This document shows positions 23,001-35,000 of a stretch of DNA of 64,000 nt, one piece after another; position 1 is the stretch's first letter; each line of letters opens with the position of its first letter. The notes below the pieces were generated by a model. The model had not been told where the DNA came from and did not search any database. It saw nothing but the letters and a program-made list of their open reading frames with translations. A program made the translations under genes and the position numbers. Source of the stretch: Euprymna scolopes. Its lineage: Eukaryota. The stretch lies in assembly GCA_053919585.1 (NCBI GenBank), contig CM132811.1, one strand, 5' to 3'.

Positions 23001-26000
23001 CAAGTAAAAGGGCCAAATAAAAGCGTCAAATAAAAGCGTCAAGTAAAAGCGTCAAGAAAAAGCGTCAAATAAAAGCGTCAAATAAAAGCGTCAAGTAAAA
23101 GCGTCAAATAAAAGCGTCAAGTAAAAGCGTCAAATAAAAGCGTCAAGTAAAACGGTCGAGTAAAAGCGTCAAATAAAAGCGTCAAATAAAAGCGTCAAGT
23201 AAAACGGTCAAGTAAAAGCGTCAAATAAAAGGGTCAAGTAAAAGGGTAAAATAAAAGCGTCAAATAAAAGCGTCAAATAAAAGCGTCAAGTAAAAGCGTC
23301 AAATAAAAGCGTCAAGTAAAAGCGTCAAATAAAAGCGTCAAATAAAAGCGTAAAATAAAAGCGTCAAAACAAAGCGTCAAGTAAAAGCGTCAAATAAAAG
23401 CGTCAAGTAAAAGCGTCAAATAAAAGCGTCAAATAAAAGCCTCAAGTAAAGGCGTCAAATAAAAGCGTCAAATAAAAGCGTCAAGAAAAAGCGTCAAGTA
23501 AAAGCCTCAAATAAAAGCTTCAAATAAAAGCGTCAAATAAATGCGTCAAGTAAAAGGGTCGAGTAAAAGCGTCAAATAAAAGCGACAAATAAAACGGTCA
23601 AGTAAAAGCGTCAAGTAAAAGCGTCAAATAAAAGCGTCAAGTAAAAGCGTCAAGTAAAGGCGTCAAATAAAAGCGTCAAATAAAAGCGTCAAATAAAAGC
23701 GTCAAAACAAAGCGTCAAGTAAAAGCGTCAAATAAAAGCGTCAAGTAAAAGCGTCAAATAAAAGCGTCAAATAAAAGCGTCAAGTAAAGGCGTCAAATAA
23801 AAGCGTCAAAAAAAAGCGTCAAGAAAAAGCGTCAAGTAAAAGCGTCAAATAAAAGCTTCAAATAAAAGCGTCAAATAAAAGCGTCAAGTAAAAGGGTCGA
23901 GTAAAAGCGTCAAATAAAAGCGACAAATAAAAGGGTCAAGTAAAAGGGTCAAGTAAAAGCGTCAAATAAAAGGGTCAAGTAAAAGGGTCAAATAAAAGCG
24001 TCAAGTAAAAGCGTCAAGTAAAAGCGTGAAATAAAAGCGTCAAATAAAAGCGTCAAGTAAAAGGGGGAAGTAAAAGCGTCAAGTAAAAGCGTCAAATAAA
24101 AGCGTCAAGTAAAAGCGTCAAATAAAAGGGTCAAATAAGAGCGTCAAGTAAAAGCGTCAAATAAAAGCGTCAAGAAAAAGTGTCAAATAAAAGCGTCAAG
24201 TAAAAGCGTAAAATAAAAGCGTCAAGTAAAAGCGTCAAAAAAAAAGCGTCAAGTAAAAGCGTCAAATAAAGCGTCAAGTAAAAGCGTCAAATAAAAGCGT
24301 CAAGTAAAGGCGTCAAATAAAAGCGTCAAGTAAAACGGTCGAGTAAAAGCGTCAAATAAAAGCGTCAAATAAAAGCGTCAAGTAAAAGGGTCAAGTAAAA
24401 GCGTCAAATAAAAGGGTCAAGTAAAAGATTAAAATAAAAGCGTCAAATAAAAGCGTCAAATTAAAGCGTCAAGTAAAAGCGTCAAATAAAAGCGTCAAGT
24501 AAAAGCGTCAAATAAAAGCGTCAAATAAAAGCGTCAAATAAAAGCGTCAAGTAAAAGGGCCAAATAAAAGATTAAAATAAAAGCGTCAAGTAAAAGCGTC
24601 AAGAAAAAGCGTCAAATAAAAGCGTCAAATAAAAGCGTCAAGTAAAAGCGTCAAAAAAAAGCGTCAAGTAAAAGCGTCAAATAAAAGCTTCAAATAAAAG
24701 CGTCAAATAAAAGCGTTAAGTAAAAGGGTCGAGTAAAAGCGTCAAATAAAAGCGTCAAATAAAAGGGTCAAGTAAAAGGGTCAAGTAAAAGCGTCAAATA
24801 AAATGGTCAAGTAAAAGGGTCAAATAAAAGCGTCAAATAAAAGCGTCAAATAAAAGGGTCAAGAAAACGCGTCAAATAAAAGCGTCAAGTAAAAGCGTCA
24901 AATAAAAGCGTCAAATAAAAGCGTCAAATAAAAGGGTCAAGTAAAAAGGTCCAGTAAAAGCGTCAAATAAAAGGGTCAAGTAAAAAGGTCAAGTAAAAGC
25001 GTCAAATAAAAGCGTCAAGTAAAAGCGTCAAATAAAAGCGTCAAGTAAAAGCGCCAAATAAAAGCGTCAAGTAAAAGCGTCTAATAAAAGGGTCAAGTAA
25101 AAACGTCAAGTAAAAGCGTAAAAAAAAAAGCGTCAAATAAAAGCGTCAAATAAAAGCGTCAAGTAATAGGGCCAAATAAAAGCGTCAAATAAAAGCGTCA
25201 AGTAAAAGCGTCAAGAAAAAGCGTCAAATAAAAGCGTCAAATAAAAGCGTCAAGTAAAAGCGTCAAATAAAAGCGTCAAGTAAAAGCGTCAAATAAAAGC
25301 GTCAAGTAAAACGGTCGAGTAAAAGCGTCAAATAAAAGCGTCAAATAAAAGCGTCAAGTAAAAGGGTAAAGTAAAAGCGTCAAATAAAAGGGTCAAGTAA
25401 AATGGTAAAATAAAAACGTCAGATAAAAGCGTCAAATAAAAGCGTCAAGTAAAAGCGTCAAATAAAAGCGTCAAGTAAAAGCGTCAAGTAAAAGCGTCAA
25501 ATAAAAGCGTCAAATAAAAGCGTCAAGTAAAAGGGTCAAGTAAAAGCGTCAAGTAAAAGCGTCAAATAAAAGCGTCAAATAAAAGCGTCAAGAAAAAGCG
25601 TCAAATAAAAGCGTCGAATAAAAGCGTCAAATAAAAGCGTCAAATAAAAGCGTCAAGTAAAAGCGTCAAGTAAAAGCGTCAAGTAAAAGCGTCAAGTAAA
25701 AGCGTCAAATAAAAGCGTCAAATAAAAGCGTCAAGTAAAAGGGTCAAGTAAAAGCGTCAAGTAAAAGCGTCAAATGAAAGCGTCAAATAAAAGCGTCAAG
25801 AAAAAGCGTCAACTAAAAGGGTCAAGTAAAACCGTCAAATAAAAGCGTCAAGTAAAAGCGTCAAATAAAAGCGTCAAGTAAAAGCGTCAAATAAAAGCGT
25901 CAAGTAAAAGCGTCAAATAAAAGCGTCAAGTAAAAGCGTCAAGTAAAGGCGTCAAATAAAAGCGTCAAATAAAAGCGTCAAATAAAAGCGTCAAAACAAA

Positions 26001-29000
26001 GCGTCAAGTAAAAGCGTCAAATAAAAGCGTGAAGTAAAAGCGTCAAATAAAAGCGTCAAATAAAAGCGTCAAGTAAAGGCGTCAAATAAAAGCGTCAAAT
26101 AAAAGCGTCAAGAAAAAGCGTCAAGTAAAAGCGTCAAATAAAAGCTTCAAATAAAAGCGTCAAATAAAAGCGTCAAGTAAAAGGGTCGAGTAAAAGCGTC
26201 AAATAAAAGCGACAAATAAAAGGGTCAAGTAAAAGGGTCAAGTAAAAGCGTCAAATAAAAGGGTCAAGTAAAAGGGTCAAATAAAAGCGTCAAGTAAAAG
26301 CGTCAAGTAAAAGCGTGAAATAAAAGCGTCAAATAAAAGCGTCAAGTAAAAGGGGCAAGTAAAAGCGTCAAGTAAAAGCGTCACATAAAAGCGTCAAGTA
26401 AAAGCGTCAAATAAAAGGGTCAAATAAGAGCGTCAAGTAAAAGCGTCAAATAAAAGCGTCAAGAAAAAGTGTCAAATAAAAGCGTCAAGTAAAAGCGTCA
26501 AATAAAAGCGTCAAGTAAAAGCGTCAAATAAAAGCGTCAAGTAAAAGCGTCAAATAAAAGCGTCAAGTAAAAGCGTCAAGTAAAGGCGTCAAATAAAAGC
26601 GTCAAGTAAAACGGTCGAGTAAAAGCGTCAAATAAAAGCGTCAAATAAAAGCGTCAAGTAAAAGGGTCAAGTAAAAGCGTCAAATAAAAGGGTCAAGTAA
26701 AAGGGTCAAATAAAAGCGTCAAATAAAAGCGTCAAATAAAAGCGTCAAGTAAAAGCGTCAAATAAAAGCGTCAAGTAAAAGCGTCAAATAAAAGCGTCAA
26801 ATAAAAGCGTCAAATAAAAGCGTCAAGTAAAAGGGCCAAATAAAAGCGTCAAATAAAAGCGTCAAGTAAAAGCGTCAAGAAAAAGCGTCAAATAAAAGCG
26901 TCAAATAAAAGCGTCAAGTAAAAGCGTCAAATAAAAGCGTCAAGTAAAAGCGTCAAATAAAAGCGTCAAGTAAAACGGTCGAGTAAAAGCGTCAAATAAA
27001 AGCGTCAAATAAAAGCGTCAAGTAAAACGGTCAAGTAAAAGCGTCAAATAAAAGGGTCAAGTAAAAGGGTAAAATAAAAGCGTCAAATAAAAGCGTCAAA
27101 TAAAAGCGTCAAGTAAAAGCGTCAAATAAAAGCGTCAAGTAAAAGCGTCAAATAAAAGCGTCAAATAAAAGCGTCAAATAAAAGCGTCAAAACAAAGCGT
27201 CAAGTAAAAGCGTCAAATAAAAGCGTCAAGTAATAGCGTCAAATAAAAGCGTCAAATAAAAGCCTCAAGTAAAGGCGTCAAATAAAAGCGTCAAATAAAA
27301 GCGTCAAGAAAAAGCGTCAAGTAAAAGCGTCAAATAAAAGCTTCAAGTAAAAGCGTCAAATAAATGCGTCAAGTAAAAGGGTCGAGTAAAAGCGTCAAAT
27401 AAAAGCGACAAATAAAAGGGTCAAGTAAAAGCGTCAAGTAAAAGCGTCAAATAAAAGCGTCAAGTAAAAGCGTCAAGTAAAGGCGTCAAATAAAAGCGTC
27501 AAATAAAAGCGTCAAATAAAAGCGTCAAAACAAAGCGTCAAGTAAAAGCGTCAAATAAAAGCGTCAAGTAAAAGCGTCAAATAAAAGCGTCAAATAAAAG
27601 CGTCAAGTAAAGGCGTCAAATAAAAGCGTCAAAAAAAAGCGTCAAGAAAAAGCGTCAAGTAAAAGCGTCAAATAAAAGCTTCAAATAAAAGCGTCAAATA
27701 AAAGCGTCAAGTAAAAGGGTCGAGTAAAAGCGTCAAATAAAAGCGACAAATAAAAGGGTCAAGTAAAAGGGTCAAGTAAAAGCGTCAAATAAAAGGGTCA
27801 AGTAAAAGGGTCAAATAAAAGCGTCAAGTAAAAGCGTCAAGTAAAAGCGTGAAATAAAAGTGTCAAATAAAAGCGTCAAGTAAAAGGGGCAGTAAAAGCG
27901 TCAAGTAAAAGCGTCAAATAAAAGCGTCAAGTAAAACCGTCAAATAAAAGGGTCAAATAAGAGCGTCAAGTAAAAGCGTCAAATAAAAGCGTCAAGAAAA
28001 AGTGTCAAATAAAAGCGTCAAGTAAAAGCGTAAAATAAAAGCGTCAAGTAAAAGCGTCAAATAAAAGCGTCAAGTAAAAGCGTCAAATAAAGCGTCAAGT
28101 AAAAGCGTCAAATAAAAGCGTCAAGTAAAACGGTCGAGTAAAGGCGTCAAATAAAAGCGTCAAATAAAAGCGTCAAGTAAAAGCGTCAAGTAAAAGCGTC
28201 AAATAAAAGCGTCAAGTAAAAACGTAAAATAAAAGCGTCAAGTAAAAGTGTCAAGTAAAGGCGTCAAATAAAAGCGTCAAGTAAAAGCGTCAAATAAAAG
28301 CGTCAAATAAAAGCGTCAAATAAAGCGTCAAGTAAAGGCGTCAAATAAAAGCGTCAAGTAAAACGGTCGAGTAAAAGCGTCAAATAAAAGCGTCAAATAA
28401 AAGCGTCAAGTAAAAGGGTCAAGTAAAAGCGTCAAATAAAAGGGTCAAGTAAAAGATTAAAATAAAAGCGTCAAATAAAAGCGTCAAATAAAAGCGTCAA
28501 GTAAAAGCGTCAAATAAAAGCGTCAAGTAAAAGCGTCAAATAAAAGCGTCAAATAAAAGCGTCAAGTAAAAGCGTCAAATAAAAGCGTCAAGTAAAACGG
28601 TCGAGTAAAAGCGTCAAATAAAAGCGTCAAATAAAAGCGTCAAGTAAAAGGGTCAAGTAAAAGCGTCAAATAAAAAGGTCAAGTAAAATGGTAAAATAAA
28701 AACGTCAAATAAAAGCGTCAAATAAAAGCGTCAAGTAAAAGCGTCAAATAAAAGCGTCAAGTAAAAGCGTCAAGTAAAAGCGTCAAATAAAAGCGTCAAA
28801 TAAAAGCGTCAAGTAAAAGGGTCAAGTAAAAGCGTCAAGTAAAAGCGTCAAATAAAAGCGTCAAATAAAAGCGTCAAGAAAAAGCGTCAAATAAAAGCGT
28901 CGAATAAAAGCGTCAAATAAAAGCGTCAAATAAAAGCGTCAAGTAAAAGCGTCAAATAAAAGCGTCAATAAAAGCGTCAAATAAAAGCGTCAAATAAAAG

Positions 29001-32000
29001 CGTCAAGTAAAAGGGTCAAGTAAAAGCGTCAAGTAAAAGCGTCAAATGAAAGCGTCAAATAAAAGCGTCAAGAAAAAGCGTCAACTAAAAGGGTCAAGTA
29101 AAACCGTCAAATAAAAGCGTCAAGTAAAAGCGTCAAATAAAAGCGTCAAGTAAAAGCGTCAAATAAAAGCGTCAAGTAAAAGCGTCAAATAAAAGCGTCA
29201 AGTAAAAGCGTCAAGTAAAGGCGTCAAATAAAAGCGTCAAATAAAAGCGTCAAATAAAAGCGTCAAAACAAAGCGTCAAGTAAAAGCGTCAAATAAAAGC
29301 GTGAAGTAAAAGCGTCAAATAAAAGCGTCAAATAAAAGCGTCAAGTAAAGGCGTCAAATAAAAGCGTCAAATAAAAGCGTCAAGAAAAAGCGTCAAGTAA
29401 AAGCGTGAAATAAAAGCGTCAAATAAAAGCGTCAAGTAAAAGGGGCAAGTAAAAGCGTCAAGTAAAAGCGTCACATAAAAGCGTCAAGTAAAAGCGTCAA
29501 ATAAAAGGGTCAAATAAGAGCGTCAAGTAAAAGCGTCAAATAAAAGCGTCAAGAAAAAGTGTCAAATACAAGCGTCAAGTAAAAGCGTCAAATAAAAGCG
29601 TCAAGTAAAAGCGTCAAATAAAAGCGTCAAGTAAAAGCGTCAAATAAAAGCGTCAAGTAAAAGCGTCAAGTAAAGGCGTCAAATAAAAGCGTCAAGTAAA
29701 ACGGTCGAGTAAAAGCGTCAAATAAAAGCGTCAAACAAAAGCGTCAAGTAAAAGGGTCAAGTAAAAGCGTCAAATAAAAGGGTCAAGTAAAAGGGTCAAA
29801 TAAAAGCGTCAAATAAAAGCGTCAAATAAAAGCGTCAAGTAAAAGCGTCAAATAAAAGTGTCAAGTAAAAGCGTCAAATAAAAGCGTCAAATAAAAGCGT
29901 CAAATAAAAGCGTCAAGTAAAAGGGCCAAATAAAAGCGTCAAATAAAAGCGTCAAGTAAAAGCGTCAAGAAAAAGCGTCAAATAAAAGCGTCAAATAAAA
30001 GCGTCAAGTAAAAGCGTCAAATAAAAGCGTCAAGTAAAAGCGTCAAATAAAAGCGTCAAGTAAAACGGTCGAGTAAAAGCGTCAAATAAAAGCGTCAAAT
30101 AAAAGCGTCAAGTAAAACGGTCAAGTAAAAGCGTCAAATAAAAGGGTCAAGTAAAAGGGTAAAATAAAAGCGTCAAATAAAAGCGTCAAGTAAAAGCGTC
30201 AAGTAAAAGCGTCAAATAAAAGCGTCAAGTAAAAACGTAAAATAAAAGCGTCAAGTAAATGTGTCAAGTAAAGGCGTCAAATAAAAGCGTCAAGTAAAAG
30301 CGTCAAATAAAAGCGTCAAATAAAAGCGTCAAATAAAGCGTCAAGTAAAGGCGTCAAATAAAAGCGTCAAGTAAAACGGTCGAGTAAAAGCGTCAAATAA
30401 AAGCGTCAAATAAAAGCGTCAAGTAAAAGGGTCAAGTAAAAGCGTCAAATAAAAGGGTCAAGTAAAAGATTAAAATAAAAGCGTCAAATAAAAGCGTCAA
30501 ATAAAAGCGTCAAGTAAAAGCGTCAAATAAAAGCGTCAAATAAAAGCGTCAAATAAAAGCGTCAAATAAAAGCGTCAAGTAAAAGCGTCAAATAAAAGCG
30601 TCAAGTAAAACGGTCGAGTAAAAGCGTCAAATAAAAGCGTCAAATAAAAGCGTCAAGTAAAAGGGTCAAGTAAAAGCGTCAAATAAAAGGGTCAAGTAAA
30701 ATGGTAAAATAAAAACGTCAAATAAAAGCGTCAAATAAAAGCGTCAAGTAAAAGCGTCAAATAAAAGCGTCAAGTAAAAGCGTCAAGTAAAAGCGTCAAA
30801 TAAAAGCGTCAAATAAAAGCGTCAAGTAAAAGGGTCAAGTAAAAGCGTCAAGTAAAAGCGTCAAATAAAAGCGTCAAATAAAAGCGTCAAGAAAAAGCGT
30901 CAAATAAAAGCGTCGAATAAAAGCGTCAAATAAAAGCGTCAAATAAAAGCGTCAAGTAAAAGCGTCAAGTAAAAGCGTCAAGTAAAAGCGTCAAGTAAAA
31001 GCGTCAAATAAAAGCGTCAAATAAAAGCGTCAAGTAAAAGGGTCAAGTAAAAGCGTCAAGTAAAAGCGTCAAATGAAAGCGTCAAATAAAAGCGTCAAGA
31101 AAAAGCGTCAACTAAAAGGGTCAAGTAAAACCGTCAAATAAAAGCGTCAAGTAAAAGCGTCAAATAAAAGCGTCAAGTAAAAGCGTCAAATAAAAGCGTC
31201 AAGTAAAAGCGTCAAATAAAAGCGTCAAGTAAAAGCGTCAAGTAAAGGCGTCAAATAAAAGCGTCAAATAAAAGCGTCAAATAAAAGCGTCAAAACAAAG
31301 CGTCAAGTAAAAGCGTCAAATAAAAGCGTGAAGTAAAAGCGTCAAATAAAAGCGTCAAATAAAAGCGTCAAGTAAAGGCGTCAAATAAAAGCGTCAAATA
31401 AAAGCGTCAAGAAAAAGCGTCAAGTAAAAGCGTCAAATAAAAGCTTCAAATAAAAGCGTCAAATAAAAGCGTCAAGTAAAAGTGTCGAGTAAAAGCGTCA
31501 AATAAAAGCGACAAATAAAAGGGTCAAGTAAAAGGGTCAAGTAAAAGCGTCAAATAAAAGGGTCAAGTAAAAGGGTCAAATAAAAGCGTCAAGTAAAAGC
31601 GTCAAGTAAAAGCGTGAAATAAAAGCGTCAAATAAAAGCGTCAAGTAAAAGGGGCAAGTAAAAGCGTCAAGTAAAAGCGTCACATAAAAGCGTCAAGTAA
31701 AAGCGTCAAATAAAAGGGTCAAATAAGAGCGTCAAGTAAAAGCGTCAAATAAAAGCGTCAAGAAAAAGTGTCAAATAAAAGCGTCAAGTAAAGGCGTCAA
31801 ATAAAAGCGTCAAGTAAAAGCGTCAAATAAAAGCGTCAAGTAAAAGCGTCAAATAAAAGCGTCAAGTAAAAGCGTCAAGTAAAGGCGTCAAATAAAAGCG
31901 TCAAGTAAAACGGTCGAGTAAAAGCGTCAAATAAAAGCGTCAAATAAAAGCGTCAAGTAAAAGGGTCAAGTAAAAGCGTCAAATAAAAGGGTCAAGTAAA

Positions 32001-35000
32001 AGGGTCAAATAAAAGCGTCAAATAAAAGCGTCAAATAAAAGCGTCAAGTAAAAGCGTCAAATAAAAGCGTCAAGTAAAAGCGTCAAATAAAAGCGTCAAA
32101 TAAAAGCGTCAAATAAAAGCGTCAAGTAAAAGGGCCAAATAAAAGCGTCAAATAAAAGCGTCAAGTAAAAGCGTCAAGAAAAAGCGTCAAATAAAAGCGT
32201 CAAATAAAAGCGTCAAGTAAAAGCGTCAAATAAAAGCGTCAAGTAAAAGCGTCAAATAAAAGCGTCAAGTAAAACGGTCGAGTAAAAGCGTCAAATAAAA
32301 GCGTCAAATAAAAGCGTCAAGTAAAACGGTCAAGTAAAAGCGTCAAATAAAAGGGTCAAGTAAAAGGGTAAAATAAAAGCGTCAAATAAAAGCGTCAAAT
32401 AAAAGCGTCAAATAAAAGCGTCAAGTAAAAGCGTCAAATAAAAGCGTCAAATAAAAGCGTCAAATAAAAGCGTCAAAACAAAGCGTCAAGTAAAAGGGTC
32501 AAATAAAAGCGTCAAGTAAAAGCGTCAAATAAAAGCGTCAAATAAAAGCCTCAAGTAAAGGCGTCAAATAAAAGCGTCAAATAAAAGCGTCAAGAAAAAG
32601 CGTCAAGTAAAAGCGTCAAATAAAAGCTTCAAATAAAAGCGTCAAATAAATGCGTCAAGTAAAAGGGTCGAGTAAAAGCGTCAAATAAAAGCGACAAATA
32701 AAAGGGTCAAGTAAAAGCGTCAAGTAAAAGCGTCAAATAAAAGCGTCAAGTAAAAGCGTCAAGTAAAGGCGTCAAATAAAAGCGTCAAATAAAAGCGTCA
32801 AATAAAAGCGTCAAAACAAAGCGTCAAGTAAAAGCGTCAAATAAAAGCGTCAAGTAAAAGCGTCAAATAAAAGCGTCAAATAAAAGCGTCAAGTAAAGGC
32901 GTCAAATAAAAGCGTCAAAAAAAAGCGTCAAGAAAAAGCGTCAAGTAAAAGCGTCAAATAAAAGCTTCAAATAAAAGCGTCAAATAAAAGCGTCAAGTAA
33001 AAGGGTCGAGTAAAAGCGTCAAATAAAAGCGTCAAGTAAAACGGTCAAGTAAAAGCGTCAAATAAAAGCGTCAAGTAAAAGCGTCAAATAAAAGGGTCAA
33101 ATAAGAGCGTCAAGTAAAAGCGTCAAATAAAAGCGTCAAGAAAAAGTGTCAAATAAAAGCGTCAAGTAAAAGCGTAAAATAAAAGCGTCAAGTAAAAGCG
33201 TCAAATAAAAGCGTCAAGTAAAAGCGTCAAATAAAGCGTCAAGTAAAAGCGTCAAATAAAAGCGTCAAGTAAAACGGTCGAGTAAAGGCGTCAAATAAAA
33301 GCGTCAAATAAAAGCGTCAAGTAAAAGCGTCAAGTAAAAGCGTCAAATAAAAGCGTCAAGTAAAAACGTAAAATAAAAGCGTCAAGTAAAAGTGTCAAGT
33401 AAAGGCGTCAAATAAAAGCGTCAAGTAAAAGCGTCAAATAAAAGCGTCAAATAAAAGCGTCAAATAAAGCGTCAAGTAAAGGCGTCAAATAAAAGCGTCA
33501 AGTAAAACGGTCGAGTAAAAGCGTCAAATAAAAGCGTCAAATAAAAGCGTCAAGTAAAAGGGTCAAGTAAAAGCGTCAAATAAAAGGGTCAAGTAAAAGA
33601 TTAAAATAAAAGCGTCAAATAAAAGCGTCAAATAAAAGCGTCAAGTAAAAGCGTCAAATAAAAGCGTCAAGTAAAAGCGTCAAATAAAAGCGTCAAATAA
33701 AAGCGTCAAGTAAAAGCGTCAAATAAAAGCGTCAAGTAAAACGGTCGAGTAAAAGCGTCAAATAAAAGCGTCAAATAAAAGCGTCAAGTAAAAGGGTCAA
33801 GTAAAAGCGTCAAATAAAAGGGTCACGTAAAATGGTAAAATAAAAACGTCAAATAAAAGCGTCAAATAAAAGCGTCAAGTAAAAGCGTCAAATAAAAGCG
33901 TCAAGTAAAAGCGTCAAGTAAAAGCGTCAAATAAAAGCGTCAAATAAAAGCGTCAAGTAAAAGGGTCAAGTAAAAGCGTCAAGTAAAAGCGTCAAATAAA
34001 AGCGTCAAGTAAAAGTGTCGAGTAAAAGCGTCAAATAAAAGCGACAAATAAAAGGGTCAAGTAAAAGGGTCAAGTAAAAGCGTCAAATAAAAGGGTCAAG
34101 TAAAAGGGTCAAATAAAAGCGTCAAGTAAAAGCGTCAAGTAAAAGCGTGAAATAAAAGCGTCAAATAAAAGCGTCAAGTAAAAGGGGCAAGTAAAAGCGT
34201 CAAGTAAAAGCGTCACATAAAAGCGTCAAGTAAAAGCGTCAAATAAAAGGGTCAAATAAGAGCGTCAAGTAAAAGCGTCAAATAAAAGCGTCAAGAAAAA
34301 GTGTCAAATAAAAGCGTCAAGTAAAGGCGTCAAATAAAAGCGTCAAGTAAAAGCGTCAAATAAAAGCGTCAAGTAAAAGCGTCAAATAAAAGCGTCAAGT
34401 AAAAGCGTCAAGTAAAGGCGTCAAATAAAAGCGTCAAGTAAAACGGTCGAGTAAAAGCGTCAAATAAAAGCGTCAAATAAAAGCGTCAAGTAAAAGGGTC
34501 AAGTAAAAGCGTCAAATAAAAGGGTCAAGTAAAAGGGTCAAATAAAAGCGTCAAATAAAAGCGTCAAATAAAAGCGTCAAGTAAAAGCGTCAAATAAAAG
34601 CGTCAAGTAAAAGCGTCAAATAAAAGCGTCAAATAAAAGCGTCAAATAAAAGCGTCAAGTAAAAGGGCCAAATAAAAGCGTCAAATAAAAGCGTCAAGTA
34701 AAAGCGTCAAGAAAAAGCGTCAAATAAAAGCGTCAAATAAAAGCGTCAAGTAAAAGCGTCAAATAAAAGCGTCAAGTAAAAGCGTCAAATAAAAGCGTCA
34801 AGTAAAACGGTCGAGTAAAAGCGTCAAATAAAAGCGTCAAATAAAAGCGTCAAGTAAAACGGTCAAGTAAAAGCGTCAAATAAAAGGGTCAAGTAAAAGG
34901 GTAAAATAAAAGCGTCAAATAAAAGCGTCAAATAAAAGCGTCAAATAAAAGCGTCAAGTAAAAGCGTCAAATAAAAGCGTCAAATAAAAGCGTCAAATAA